From the NCBI GenBank assembly GCA_965202625.1, contig CBDBBI010000010.1, positions 256,001-320,000 on the forward strand: 64,000 bases of DNA, written 5' to 3'. The notes beneath the pieces are model-generated. The model was given only the letters and a program-made list of their open reading frames with translations. It searched no databases and had not been told where the DNA came from. Made by a program: the position numbers and the translations under genes. This document shows, piece after piece, positions 46,599 through 56,156 of this stretch. The DNA comes from a bacterium. GTDB taxonomy: Bacteria > UBA8248. Position 1 is the stretch's first letter, and each line of letters starts with the position of its first letter.

Positions 46599-47438
46599 GT
46601 GAAGGGGCTGACGATTGAGACGCAGACGGTTCTTGATGCGCTTGTCGAAGGTGTTCGGGAGGACCTGAGCGCGGATCGGAGGCGATGCCCTGAAACCGAT
46701 CTCAAATCCCGGGTGAGGGACGCTCCTCCCACTATGGATTTTGCGGGCGCGATCAGGCGTCCCGATTCCGGCCTTGATGCCGACGGAGGGCGGATGCGCG
46801 TCATCGCCGAGGTGAAGCGAGCCTCCCCCTCCCAGGGACGGATCTCCGAGTGTTTCCAGCCGGCCGACGTCGCTGCCGGATATGAAGCCGGAGGAGCCTC
46901 CGCCGTTTCGGTTTTAACGGAGAGAAGAAAGTTTTTGGGTGGCATGGCGCATCTTGAGCAGGTGCGCGGCGCGATACGCCTCCCTGTTATGCGAAAGGAG
47001 TTCATTTTTACGGATTACCAGATTTTAGAGGCTCGGGCGGGCGGGGCGGACGCTGTCTTGCTGATCGCGGCCATTCTGGAAACGGCGCAGATCGAGGATT
47101 TGCGCGCCCTCGCCGAGGAACTGGGCATGGACGCGCTCGTGGAAGTGTATGCGGAAGAAGAACTCGGGCGCGCTCTTGAAGCTGGCACCGGCGTCCTGGG
47201 CGTGAACAACCGTAACCTCAAGACGTTCGAGGTGGATACGAAACATACCTCTCGCGTTTTCGCGCAACTCGCTCCCGCGCAACGAGAGCGGCTCGTCCTG
47301 GTTTCAGAGAGCGGTATTTTCGGCTGGCGGGAGGCGGCACCCCTAGTTGACGAGGGGGTGGACGCCATCCTGGTCGGAGAGGCGCTCATGCGTGTACCCG
47401 ACGCCGTAGAATTGCTGCGTGAACTCAAAGGCCTCTAG
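46599..47438 (+). CDS. trpC: Indole-3-glycerol phosphate synthase
   Basis: IAEVKRASPS, SVLTE, GVNNRNL, SESGI. Confidence 0.95.
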   Translation: MKGLTIETQTVLDALVEGVREDLSADRRRCPETDLKSRVRDAPPTMDFAGAIRRPDSGLDADGGRMRVIAEVKRASPSQGRISECFQPADVAAGYEAGGASAVSVLTERRKFLGGMAHLEQVRGAIRLPVMRKEFIFTDYQILEARAGGADAVLLIAAILETAQIEDLRALAEELGMDALVEVYAEEELGRALEAGTGVLGVNNRNLKTFEVDTKHTSRVFAQLAPAQRERLVLVSESGIFGWREAAPLVDEGVDAILVGEALMRVPDAVELLRELKGL

Positions 47439-47575
47439 ATGGGCGCCGCTCCTAAAGTTGCCCATTCTCGTTTATACTTTCCAATGAAAACAATGGAAAA
47501 CTCTCGTCGAGCTGCGCAAGCTTATCTGTCAGTCTGAAGCGAAGCGGTGCTGTACTGCTTGTGAGGAGAATGTGC

Positions 47576-48466
47576 ATGTATGAGGAAATTTTCTATTACA
47601 GCGATGGATTGAGAATCGCGTCGCACCTCTATAGGCCCAAAACTTGGGAAAAGGGCGACCTGCCAAGGCCCGCGATCATCTGTCTGCACGGCTACAGCGG
47701 AATGAAGGAAGTATACGGCATGGATGTCCCTAGACGGCTTTGGGAGGAGGGCTATTTCATCCTCGCGCCGGATCATCGGGGATTTGGCAAGAGCGAGGGC
47801 GTGCGCGGTCGCCAACGCCCTCTGGAGCAGGCCCAGGACACCTATGATGCCATCTCTTACGTGGAGACGGTCGAAGGCGTGGACCCGGGGCGGATCGGAA
47901 TTTTCGGCACGAGCTTCGGCGGGGCGAACGCGATATGGGTGGCGGCCTTTGATGCGCGTGTAAAGGTGGTGGTCTCCTCCGTAGGTGTGCACGAGGGGGA
48001 GCGGTGGATGCGCTCAGTGAGGAGGCCGCACGAATGGGCTGCGTTTCGCGCCCGGGTGATGGAGGCGGCCCGCAAGCGCGTGACCACCGGTGAGCCGACC
48101 ATGACGCCGCTTCCGGAGATCATGCTCTGCGACCCCCATACCTTGGGGGTGATTCGGACGCATCACCAAAAACACGCGGACTACGTGAAGGACTACGATC
48201 TGCAAAGCGCCGAGGCTTGCTGGCGCTACAAGCCCGAGTGGGTGGCGGGCAGAATCTCGCCGCGCCCGGTCTTGTTCATCTATTCGGAAAACGATTTTCT
48301 GGTGCCGGTGGATCAGCAAATCAACTGCTACGAGGCGTGCGGGGAGCCGAAGAAGATCGTGAAGCTTCCAGGTGCCCAACACTATGAGTCCTATTTTTTT
48401 TGCAGCCCCGAGCGCCATGAGATCGGCATGGTTGAGGCGATCGCATGGTTTAAGAGGTATTTGTGA
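47576..48466 (+). CDS. Alpha/beta hydrolase (YcjY/peptidase S15-like)
   Basis: CLHGYSG, DHRGFGKSEG, nucleophile elbow GTSFGG, C-terminal catalytic His. Confidence 0.88.
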   Translation: MYEEIFYYSDGLRIASHLYRPKTWEKGDLPRPAIICLHGYSGMKEVYGMDVPRRLWEEGYFILAPDHRGFGKSEGVRGRQRPLEQAQDTYDAISYVETVEGVDPGRIGIFGTSFGGANAIWVAAFDARVKVVVSSVGVHEGERWMRSVRRPHEWAAFRARVMEAARKRVTTGEPTMTPLPEIMLCDPHTLGVIRTHHQKHADYVKDYDLQSAEACWRYKPEWVAGRISPRPVLFIYSENDFLVPVDQQINCYEACGEPKKIVKLPGAQHYESYFFCSPERHEIGMVEAIAWFKRYL

Positions 48467-48543
48467 CGAGGACGGGCGATACTTCAATGTCGCGGTTTGA
48501 ACCGAAAAGTCGAATCCTGCGAGTCATGTGTCTGATTAGCTAA

Positions 48544-49486
48544 TCATGGCGTTTCGAAAACTCGCAGTGGGTGGTGGAACACTTCTTTGATGAACTCGTT
48601 CCACCGGGAATCACTATGCAGTATCTCGAATAGCTCGAAGACCTGTTCGATAGGCATTTTGTTCAGTTGGCTGCGCATTTCATTAGTTTCCACTCCTAAA
48701 ATCAGGAAATTTTTTGATCTTGTAGGCGTTCTGTCGAAGGATTTTTTGACTGCGCCCAATCGTTCCAACGCTCCAACCGGGTCGGTACCGCCCTTCACTT
48801 CAATTGTTGCAATCACCTCCCAAGTGGATCGAGACGTTTTTTTCTCAAAACGGATGTCCGGTTCGGAGGCGTACACCATGCGTAGTTCTCCATTATCTCC
48901 TAATTGCCAAGTCGTGCGCGTTTCGTCATGTTTATATTTGATATTGTTCTGGTTTTCGAGCCAATCCGTTATCTTATTCTTCACTGCTTGTTCGGCTTCC
49001 TGCCCGATAATGCTCCTTAGTTCGCCGTCTGAGGTGATTCCCATGGTGGCGAGGATGTTGCGGTAGCCGTTTTCAAGCGCCCAATCCGTGGAATCGAGAA
49101 TGATGGACGAAATGACAGTGTTATACAGCCGCGCGACACGAAGAGATTTTTCCTTGTTCACGCGCGCGTTGTCTGGTTCTTTTTCCCATTTGTCCACGGA
49201 ACCGACGATCTGCTGAACTCGTTTCTGTGAAAGAGTGGCGATGCCCCGGTAATAGATGGACGCATCTGGGCGAGCAATCAATATGTCAGGGTGAGCGAAG
49301 ACGAGCCGTCGTCTGACGCCAATCTCCCTGACGTATCGCCACGCTTCATAATCGATGCCGCAGTGATGACAGTTTTACGGGGAAGGAAACGATCTTTTCG
49401 CGCATCGTTTCATCAATTCGTGAGCGAATTCTGTTCGAAATTATTCTGGCGCGTTTTTTGGCATCCTCCAATTTTTTCTGGACCAT
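48544..49486 (-). pseudogene. Type II restriction endonuclease (XcyI-like family), frameshifted
   Basis: EPDI...IEVKGGTD core; N-terminus MVQKKLEDAK.. starts at a TGATG overlap (49486) but is out of frame with GIDYEAWRY.. from about 49365. Confidence 0.7.
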
Positions 49487-50879
49487 CAAATTCTCTCCCA
49501 GTGGTATACGCACTTGCGTATCTCCTGCCTGCCGAACCTGCCCATCTGCTGATTTGAGTTGCCTTTGCCCCGGGGCAGGGCCCAGATCGCCTTGCAGCGG
49601 AAACCCAATTGTTCGGCGAAATCCGAGAGTATCAGGTCCACCGGCGCTTCTTCACCATGAATACATGCCCGCCACGGACCACAACGCGGGCCAGTTCATT
49701 GATGACGACCGCCATTTCCGTGAAGTAGTGTTCTAGCAGGCGGATAACGTTGCGATTGCTCAGTTCGTCGGCGTGTTCCCGGAGAATGTTTAATACTTCG
49801 CTCAGTGCTGCGTTCCCGTCGACCATCTCGAACAGGTTGCTCAGGCTACCCGCTCCTTTATATTCCGTTTCCAACTGGGCGCGCTTCGATCGATTTTCCA
49901 CCGTTGCCGACAGAAACGCTTGACGCAATGCCTTAAAGCCGGGTTCGTCATATCCAAGGTAGGCCAGTTCCAGCGCGTAAGTGCGCGTGTAGTCGTATCG
50001 GTTTGCGTATGGTGGAGAAGTAACGACAGTGCCGAATGTGCCCGTTTCGAGTTCTTTCAGCTCCGTTAAGCAGGAACCGTTGATGAAGCGTGGGATGGGA
50101 CCAGAGTAATAATTCTTGATGAAGGGCAGGTCTTCCGCGATCTTTTTCAGACGGTAATTGACCGTCTCCGTAAGCGTAGACAATGAGCCTTTGTTCAGGC
50201 GTGTGCTTTTGGTGCGGCCGGATATTGGATCCCAGCGTAGATATTGGCCATCTTTGCGCGTGTAGCTAATCTCTTCAATGGCGGTAAGGCAAGCGGTAGT
50301 GAGCACAGTCGCTAAGTCGCTATCGGGGACACTGACAATGAATTCCCGCGCCTTGGCGATTTCTTCCTCGGCGTCTGGCGCGAACGCGCCACGAGTGATC
50401 TGAACGTGCGGGAACGCATACTCCCTTTTGGGAGCGCCAGTAGCGAGATGATTTAGAAACTCAGTGGACACGTCGGCGAGGCGTTCAGTGTCGATGCGGT
50501 TGGCGATCGCTGCGATCGCCTTCGCAACGAGGTTGCCCACAGGCATTATCTCTATGCCCGTGGCTTCGCGTCCCCTACGGCTGGCCGTGAGAGCGGTGGT
50601 GCCGATTCCCGAGAACGGATCGAGGACAGTGCCCTTTCCGCTCATGTTGAGGAAATGTTCAACGAGTTGAGTGGAAAAACCCTCCTTGTACTTCATCCAC
50701 CTAAAACCGGGAGCATGTTTGTTGCCTTGATAGGAAACGAGGCGGCGGGTGAGGCTGTAATTGATCATGATGCGATTCCGGAAACGCGCGTATAGGGCCA
50801 TCTCGGGCGCATGTGGATCCGCCGTTCGGCGACCGCGCTGGCGACCACGTGCTGGTGATTTTGGGCTGTGTCGGCCCAT
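49486..50879 (-). pseudogene. N4-cytosine DNA methyltransferase (AvaI/BsoBI-like, alpha class), frameshifted near the C-terminus
   Basis: WMKYKEGFS, DPFSGIGTT, TSPPYANRYDYTRTYALEL; the tail HGEEAPVDLILSD...GKGNSNQQMG...RKCVY.W is in another frame, ending at 49486. Confidence 0.82.
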
Positions 50880-51042
50880 CCTCCAGAAAATCTGTCGTTT
50901 CTATTGTTGCTACTGTCTCCATGTGTTTTTTCTTATTGGAAACTTTTTACACCGCGTCGGGCACTTTGCTGTAAATTGACATGCTGCTTAAGCATAACTT
51001 CCAAAAGCTGGTTCGCCAAGCATGGCTTTACTTTTCCCTCCC

Positions 51043-52176
51043 TCAGGCGATGCGCGTCCCGAACTTCTCTATCGCTCGTTCGGAAAGTGCAAGGCCAAGG
51101 CCTGGCGCGTCGTTGAGATAAAGCGTTCCGTTCTCGATGCGCGGAGGATTCTCAAATAATTCGGCTTGGAGAGGGTCGCGTTCCGGGTCTGTGAAGGACT
51201 CCACGATGCAGCCCGCCGGCGAAGCCGCCACGACGTGTGCGTGGATAAAGCAGTCATGGTGCGGGGCCACCTCCACGTGGTTCAGCTCCGCCAGGGCCGC
51301 GAGTTTTCTCCCCATCGTGAATCCCCCCATGCGGGTGCAGTCGAACTGCACGACGTCTATCGCCTGCTCCTCCAGAAGGGCACGGATCCCGTGCGCCGTC
51401 TGCTCGTTCTCGCCGGCGGAGAGGGGGATGTCCGTTTTTCGGGACAGAATCTTGAGCTCACGCCTGTCGTCGAACCAGCGCATGGGTTCTTCAAGCCACC
51501 TGGGGCGAATCTCCCGGAGTAGGCGCGCGCCCTTGATGGCGGTGGGCAGATCCCACGCGCTGTTCACGTCGAGCATGAGGTGGGCGTCCGCGCCGATGAC
51601 CTCTCGAATCACCCGCAAGCGCGCCATGTCCTCGGCGAGCGATGCGCCGCCGATTTTCGCCTTGAACGCCCTGTGCCCCTGGGCACGCAGCATTTCCATC
51701 TCCTCACGGAGTTCGCCCAGGTCCTTCCCGTTCCGGTAATAGGCGCAGGTGACGTAGCATGGTACCTCATTCCGATAGCCGCCGAAGAGGCGATACAACG
51801 GCTGACCGGAGGCTTTGCCCAGAACGTCCCACATAGCGATGTCCAGGGCTGCGCCGGCGATGAGCAGCGCGTTTCGGGACCATGCCTTTTGATAGGCGAT
51901 CTTCTGGTGAGTGATGGAGAAAATCTTCTCGTAAAGCTTTTCAGGTGCTAGCGCGTCCTCGCCGAGGATGCACTCTTTGAGACCTTCGTTGAACATCTCC
52001 GCCGCGCCCTTGATGATGAGGCGGCTGCTGCCGAGACCGAAGCCCTCGATCCCTGCTTCGGTCCTGATCTGGACCAACAGCTCGTTCGCTTGGTGGACAG
52101 GGTAATGGCTCACCCAGTGGCCGCGCTTCTCTGGCGGGCCGGTGAGAATGTGTGCTTCCACATCTGCAATTTTCAT
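51043..52176 (-). CDS. Mandelate racemase/muconate lactonizing enzyme family protein
   Basis: DIAMWDVLGK, K.K, LMLDVN, WLEEP, AGENE, APHH. Confidence 0.93.
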   Translation of the reverse strand: MKIADVEAHILTGPPEKRGHWVSHYPVHQANELLVQIRTEAGIEGFGLGSSRLIIKGAAEMFNEGLKECILGEDALAPEKLYEKIFSITHQKIAYQKAWSRNALLIAGAALDIAMWDVLGKASGQPLYRLFGGYRNEVPCYVTCAYYRNGKDLGELREEMEMLRAQGHRAFKAKIGGASLAEDMARLRVIREVIGADAHLMLDVNSAWDLPTAIKGARLLREIRPRWLEEPMRWFDDRRELKILSRKTDIPLSAGENEQTAHGIRALLEEQAIDVVQFDCTRMGGFTMGRKLAALAELNHVEVAPHHDCFIHAHVVAASPAGCIVESFTDPERDPLQAELFENPPRIENGTLYLNDAPGLGLALSERAIEKFGTRIA

Positions 52177-52327
52177 GGCTCTCCTCATGAATTCGCATGA
52201 ACGGCTCGACGCCGCCGAATCTTCCGTGCAGTTTGCCAAAGGCTTCGTATGTTCACAATCGCCGAGCTTTGGGGTAAAATACTTAGATTCCTTGGAAGCG
52301 TCCTTTCAAGAAGTGGGTTTTTGCGCC

Positions 52328-53149
52328 ATGAGTGATTTGCCGAGAGTCAGCTACCTGGGGCCTGAGGCCACCTTCACGCACGAGGCCACCATTTTGTGCT
52401 TCGGCGCGGGGGCGGACCTCGCGCCCGCGCCGAGTATTGAGGCTGTGTTCGACGCGGTGGAAAGTCGCCGAGCCCGGTGGGGCGTGGTGCCGATAGAAAA
52501 CGCGATAGAGGGCACGGTCAACATCACTCTGGACAGGCTTTTGAACTCCCCGCTGCTGCTGGCGGGCGAAATCAGACTGCCCATCGACATCCATCTTCTC
52601 ACGAACGCGCCGTCCATTCAGAAGGTGGACCGTATTCTCAGTCACCCCCATGCTTTGGCGCAGTGTCGGGTCTGGTTGCGTGAGAGGGCTCCGGGCATCC
52701 GGACGGAGGTGGTGGTGAGCACGTCTTTGGCGGCGAAGATGGCGGCCAGCGACTCAAGGAGTGCGGCTTTAGGCAGCCGCTTGGCGGCCGACCACTACGG
52801 GTTGCGCATTTTGGAGGAGAAGCTTGATTCGGAGGCCATCAACGTGACGCGCTTTTTCGTCATCGGTGCTGAGAAGCCGGAGCACTCGGCACGCGCGAAA
52901 ACGAGCATGCTCTTTGGACTGAAAAACGAATCGGGCGCGCTCTACAAGGCGCTCGCGCCCATTGCCGAGCGCAATTTGAACATGACGAAAATCGAATCTC
53001 GTCCGTCTCGCAAAAAGGCGTGGGAGTATGTTTTCTACCTGGAAATTGACGGCCACGCGGAAGATTTCGAACTTGCGCAAGGAATTCGGGAACTTGAGAG
53101 TCGGGTGGATTTTCTTCGCGTGCTGGGCTCATATTCTGTGATGGGATAG
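52328..53149 (+). CDS. pheA: Prephenate dehydratase (monofunctional, with ACT domain)
   Basis: YLGPEATF, PIEN, SHPHAL.QC, N.TRF, TKIESRP; no chorismate mutase domain. Confidence 0.94.
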   Translation: MSDLPRVSYLGPEATFTHEATILCFGAGADLAPAPSIEAVFDAVESRRARWGVVPIENAIEGTVNITLDRLLNSPLLLAGEIRLPIDIHLLTNAPSIQKVDRILSHPHALAQCRVWLRERAPGIRTEVVVSTSLAAKMAASDSRSAALGSRLAADHYGLRILEEKLDSEAINVTRFFVIGAEKPEHSARAKTSMLFGLKNESGALYKALAPIAERNLNMTKIESRPSRKKAWEYVFYLEIDGHAEDFELAQGIRELESRVDFLRVLGSYSVMG

Positions 53150-53302
53150 CCGTGAGAGAGATTTGAGGGACTGGAAAGACCGGGTGCCTCTACCGCTTCG
53201 CGCACATAATCTATGATGGAGCTTGGCCTGCAGCGGGCGTGAGAATTGGAGAGCCGGGCGGATTTTCCGCGCACTGGAGTCTTACGCCGTTTGGGGAGGG
53301 GG

Positions 53303-54397
53303 ATGAAATATCAAAGGGCGCGGCCCGTTTCTGACATTATCGTCTATCAGCCGGGAAAGCCGACGGAGGAGATAGAGCGCGAGCTCGGCATTGGCGATTC
53401 GATCAAGGTGGCGTCGAACGAAAATCCGCTGGGGCCGTCCCCAAAGGCGTTGGAGGCTGCCCGGAGTGCCGTTCCACAGCTGCACCGCTATCCCGACGGT
53501 GGGGGGTTTTATCTCAAGAACGCACTCGCCGAACATCATGGACTGGCGCCCGAGAACTTCGTCCTGGGCAACGGCACGAACGAGGTTTTGGAGATTCTCG
53601 CCCACGCCTATCTCGATCCCGGAGACTCTGTGGTGTTCTCCAAGGGAGCCTTCATCGTCTATCACATTGTCTCCCAGCTTAGCTCCTGCGAGGTCAGACG
53701 AGCGCGAATGTGTGATTATCACCAGGACCTCGACGCTATGGCCGCCTTGGTTTGCGAGAAAACGAAAATCGTTTTCATTGCCAATCCCAACAACCCCACA
53801 GGCACAGCGGTGGGAGAGATGGAGTTCAGGGAATTTCTACGAAAAATTCCTCCGACCACCCTCGTGGTGATGGATGAGGCGTATTGCCACTATGCGCATC
53901 TGGCGGATTATCCCGACACAGCGCGAATGCTGATGGAAATTCCGAACCTCATCGCCATGCGGACGTTTTCCAAGGTCTATGGGTTGGCGGGCTTGCGCGT
54001 TGGCTACGCCGTGGCGGACGCAGAGGTCGCAGCGGCGATGGAGAGCGTCCGGGAGCCGTTCAACGTGAACTCTATCGCGCTGGCCGCCGCGCGCGCCGCT
54101 TTGGAAGATGTTGAGCACGTTGAGCGGACGGTGGCGGTAAACGCCGAGGGCCGGGAGTATTTCGTATATGAACTCTCTGCGATGGGCCTCCCCTTCGTGC
54201 CCACGCAGGGCAATTTCATGATGGTGGAGGTGGGCGAGGGAATGCGGGTGTATGAAGAGCTGCTCAGGGAGGGCGTCATCGTCCGGCCCGTGGCGGGGTA
54301 TGGCTTTCCGCGTCACGTGCGGATTTCCATCGGGACACCCCAAGAGAACGCGCAGATTATCAGTGCGCTGTCTAAAGTTGTTGAAATCTCACTATAA
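53303..54397 (+). CDS. hisC: Histidinol-phosphate/aromatic aminotransferase
   Basis: YQPGKP, ASNENP, NPNNPTG, DEAY, RTFSKVYGLAGLRVGY. Confidence 0.96.
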   Translation: MKYQRARPVSDIIVYQPGKPTEEIERELGIGDSIKVASNENPLGPSPKALEAARSAVPQLHRYPDGGGFYLKNALAEHHGLAPENFVLGNGTNEVLEILAHAYLDPGDSVVFSKGAFIVYHIVSQLSSCEVRRARMCDYHQDLDAMAALVCEKTKIVFIANPNNPTGTAVGEMEFREFLRKIPPTTLVVMDEAYCHYAHLADYPDTARMLMEIPNLIAMRTFSKVYGLAGLRVGYAVADAEVAAAMESVREPFNVNSIALAAARAALEDVEHVERTVAVNAEGREYFVYELSAMGLPFVPTQGNFMMVEVGEGMRVYEELLREGVIVRPVAGYGFPRHVRISIGTPQENAQIISALSKVVEISL

Positions 54398-54455
54398 GTA
54401 AATATATAGAAAGAGCTATGTAATGTTTTTTATAAATAAAGGAAGGGACATTCAG

Positions 54456-55316
54456 GTGCTTTTTCAGCAGATGACCATCATCGGCGTGGGACTCATTGGT
54501 GGATCGCTGGCCCGCGCCGCCCGTGAGAGAGCCCTCTGTGCGCGGTTTGTTGGTGCTGGAAGGAGTTTGGGCAATCTGGAGCGCGCCGTCGCCCTCGGCG
54601 TCGTGGATCGCTACGAGAAGGACCACTGCAAGGCGGTGCGCGATTCCGACCTTGTGGTGGTGTGCACCCCTGTGCAGGCGTCCGTGCGCGTGACGGAGGC
54701 GATTTTGCCCGATATGGCGTCGGGTGCCCTGCTCACGGACGTAGGCAGTGTGAAGGCGCCTTACGTCCGGGCGGTGGAGGGGATGGACTTGGGCGAAGCG
54801 CGTTTTCTGGCGGCGCACCCCGTCGCCGGTGCCGAGAAATCCGGAGTGGAGGCGAGTTTTTCCTCTCTCTTCGAGGGGCATCAGACTATTTTGACGCCCA
54901 CGCAGAGAACCGATCATGAAGCCCTTGAGTGCCTACGCGCTCTTTGGGAGGGGGTGGGTGCCCGGGTCGAAGCGCTCGACCCGGAAACCCATGATAGCGT
55001 CATGGCCGACGTCAGCCATCTGCCGCACCTAGCGGCCTATGCCATGATGAAAGCCGCCCTTGAAGGGGGTGGACTTCGTTATGCAGCGGGGGGGTTTCGG
55101 GATTTTTCCCGAATCGCGTCCTCTAGCCCCGAGATGTGGCGCGAAATCTGCATGGACAATCAGAAGGCGCTTCTACGATCGCTTGATGTGTTCGAGCGGA
55201 ATCTGGGGGATCTCCGCCGTTTCGTAGAAGCGGGGGATACGGAGTCCCTTGAGTGCGCGTTTCGTCAGGCTAAAGAAGGCAGAGACGAATGGGCGCGGAA
55301 AAAAGGCTGGGCTTGA
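54456..55316 (+). CDS. tyrA: Prephenate/arogenate dehydrogenase
   Basis: GVGLIGGS, DVGSVK, HPVAGAE, SHLPH, FRDFSRIA. Confidence 0.94.
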   Translation: MLFQQMTIIGVGLIGGSLARAARERALCARFVGAGRSLGNLERAVALGVVDRYEKDHCKAVRDSDLVVVCTPVQASVRVTEAILPDMASGALLTDVGSVKAPYVRAVEGMDLGEARFLAAHPVAGAEKSGVEASFSSLFEGHQTILTPTQRTDHEALECLRALWEGVGARVEALDPETHDSVMADVSHLPHLAAYAMMKAALEGGGLRYAAGGFRDFSRIASSSPEMWREICMDNQKALLRSLDVFERNLGDLRRFVEAGDTESLECAFRQAKEGRDEWARKKGWA

Positions 55317-56026
55317 GCGAGAACCCGCGCCGAAAATCCGCCGGCATCGTCATTCCCGTCGATGGTCCCGCAGGCTCGGGTAAAAGCACGGCCGCCAAGG
55401 CGATTGCTCAGAGGCTGGGTCTCGACTACCTCGAGAGCGGGGCGCTGTACCGGGCGGTGGGCTATCAGGCGTTAAGGAGAAATGGGGAGGGAGGCTTTGT
55501 GGAGAAGGCGATCGCCTGCGCACGCGCGCTACGCTTCGCGTGCAGTAGTGAGGGGGGCACCTGGCGCAACGTTCTGGACGGGGAGGACGTCACCGACGCC
55601 CTGCGGGAGGAGGAGATAAGCGATGCGGCGTCGAGGGTGTCCCCCATACCAGCGGTGCGCGAGGCTCTGCTTGATTTTCAGAGGAGTTGCGGGCGCGAAC
55701 ACGGTGCCGTGATTGACGGGCGCGACATCGGCACGGTCGTCTTTCCGTACGCTCGGCTTAAGTTTTTTCTCGACGCAGAGGTTGAAGTGCGCATTCAGCG
55801 GCGCTTCGCCGAGCTGAAGGCACGGGGGATTTCCTTTGATCCGGAGCATCTGCGAGCAGATCTTAAGCGCAGGGACGAGAGAGACCGCAACAGGCGCGCC
55901 GCTCCATTGCGTAGAGCCGAGGACGCGGTGGAGATACAAACGAGCGATATGGGCGTTGACCAGGTACTCGCTGTCATGCTAGAGAAAATTCGCCTAGTGT
56001 ACGGGGAAGTCGTTGGGAATGTTTGA
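55313..56026 (+). CDS. cmk: Cytidylate kinase
   Basis: DGPAGSGKST, GALYRA, DGRDIGTVVFP, RD..D..R..APL. Confidence 0.96.
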   Translation: MSENPRRKSAGIVIPVDGPAGSGKSTAAKAIAQRLGLDYLESGALYRAVGYQALRRNGEGGFVEKAIACARALRFACSSEGGTWRNVLDGEDVTDALREEEISDAASRVSPIPAVREALLDFQRSCGREHGAVIDGRDIGTVVFPYARLKFFLDAEVEVRIQRRFAELKARGISFDPEHLRADLKRRDERDRNRRAAPLRRAEDAVEIQTSDMGVDQVLAVMLEKIRLVYGEVVGNV

Positions 56027-56156
56027 CTTGCAGGTTGATTCTCTTCCCTTCTAGGTATAGGGTCATCTTTTTGTCAATTTTACGCCGATGATGGCGGCGG
56101 CGATGGGAGCCTGAGCCATGCGGCGATTTTTTCTAAAAGCGAGGTAGCGTACACAG

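Noticed and set aside
52142-52327. Extended PheA N-terminus as a possible chorismate mutase or leader peptide
   Set aside because: No AroQ-like helical or Arg motif, no Phe-rich uORF or terminator, and it overlaps the divergent gene start.
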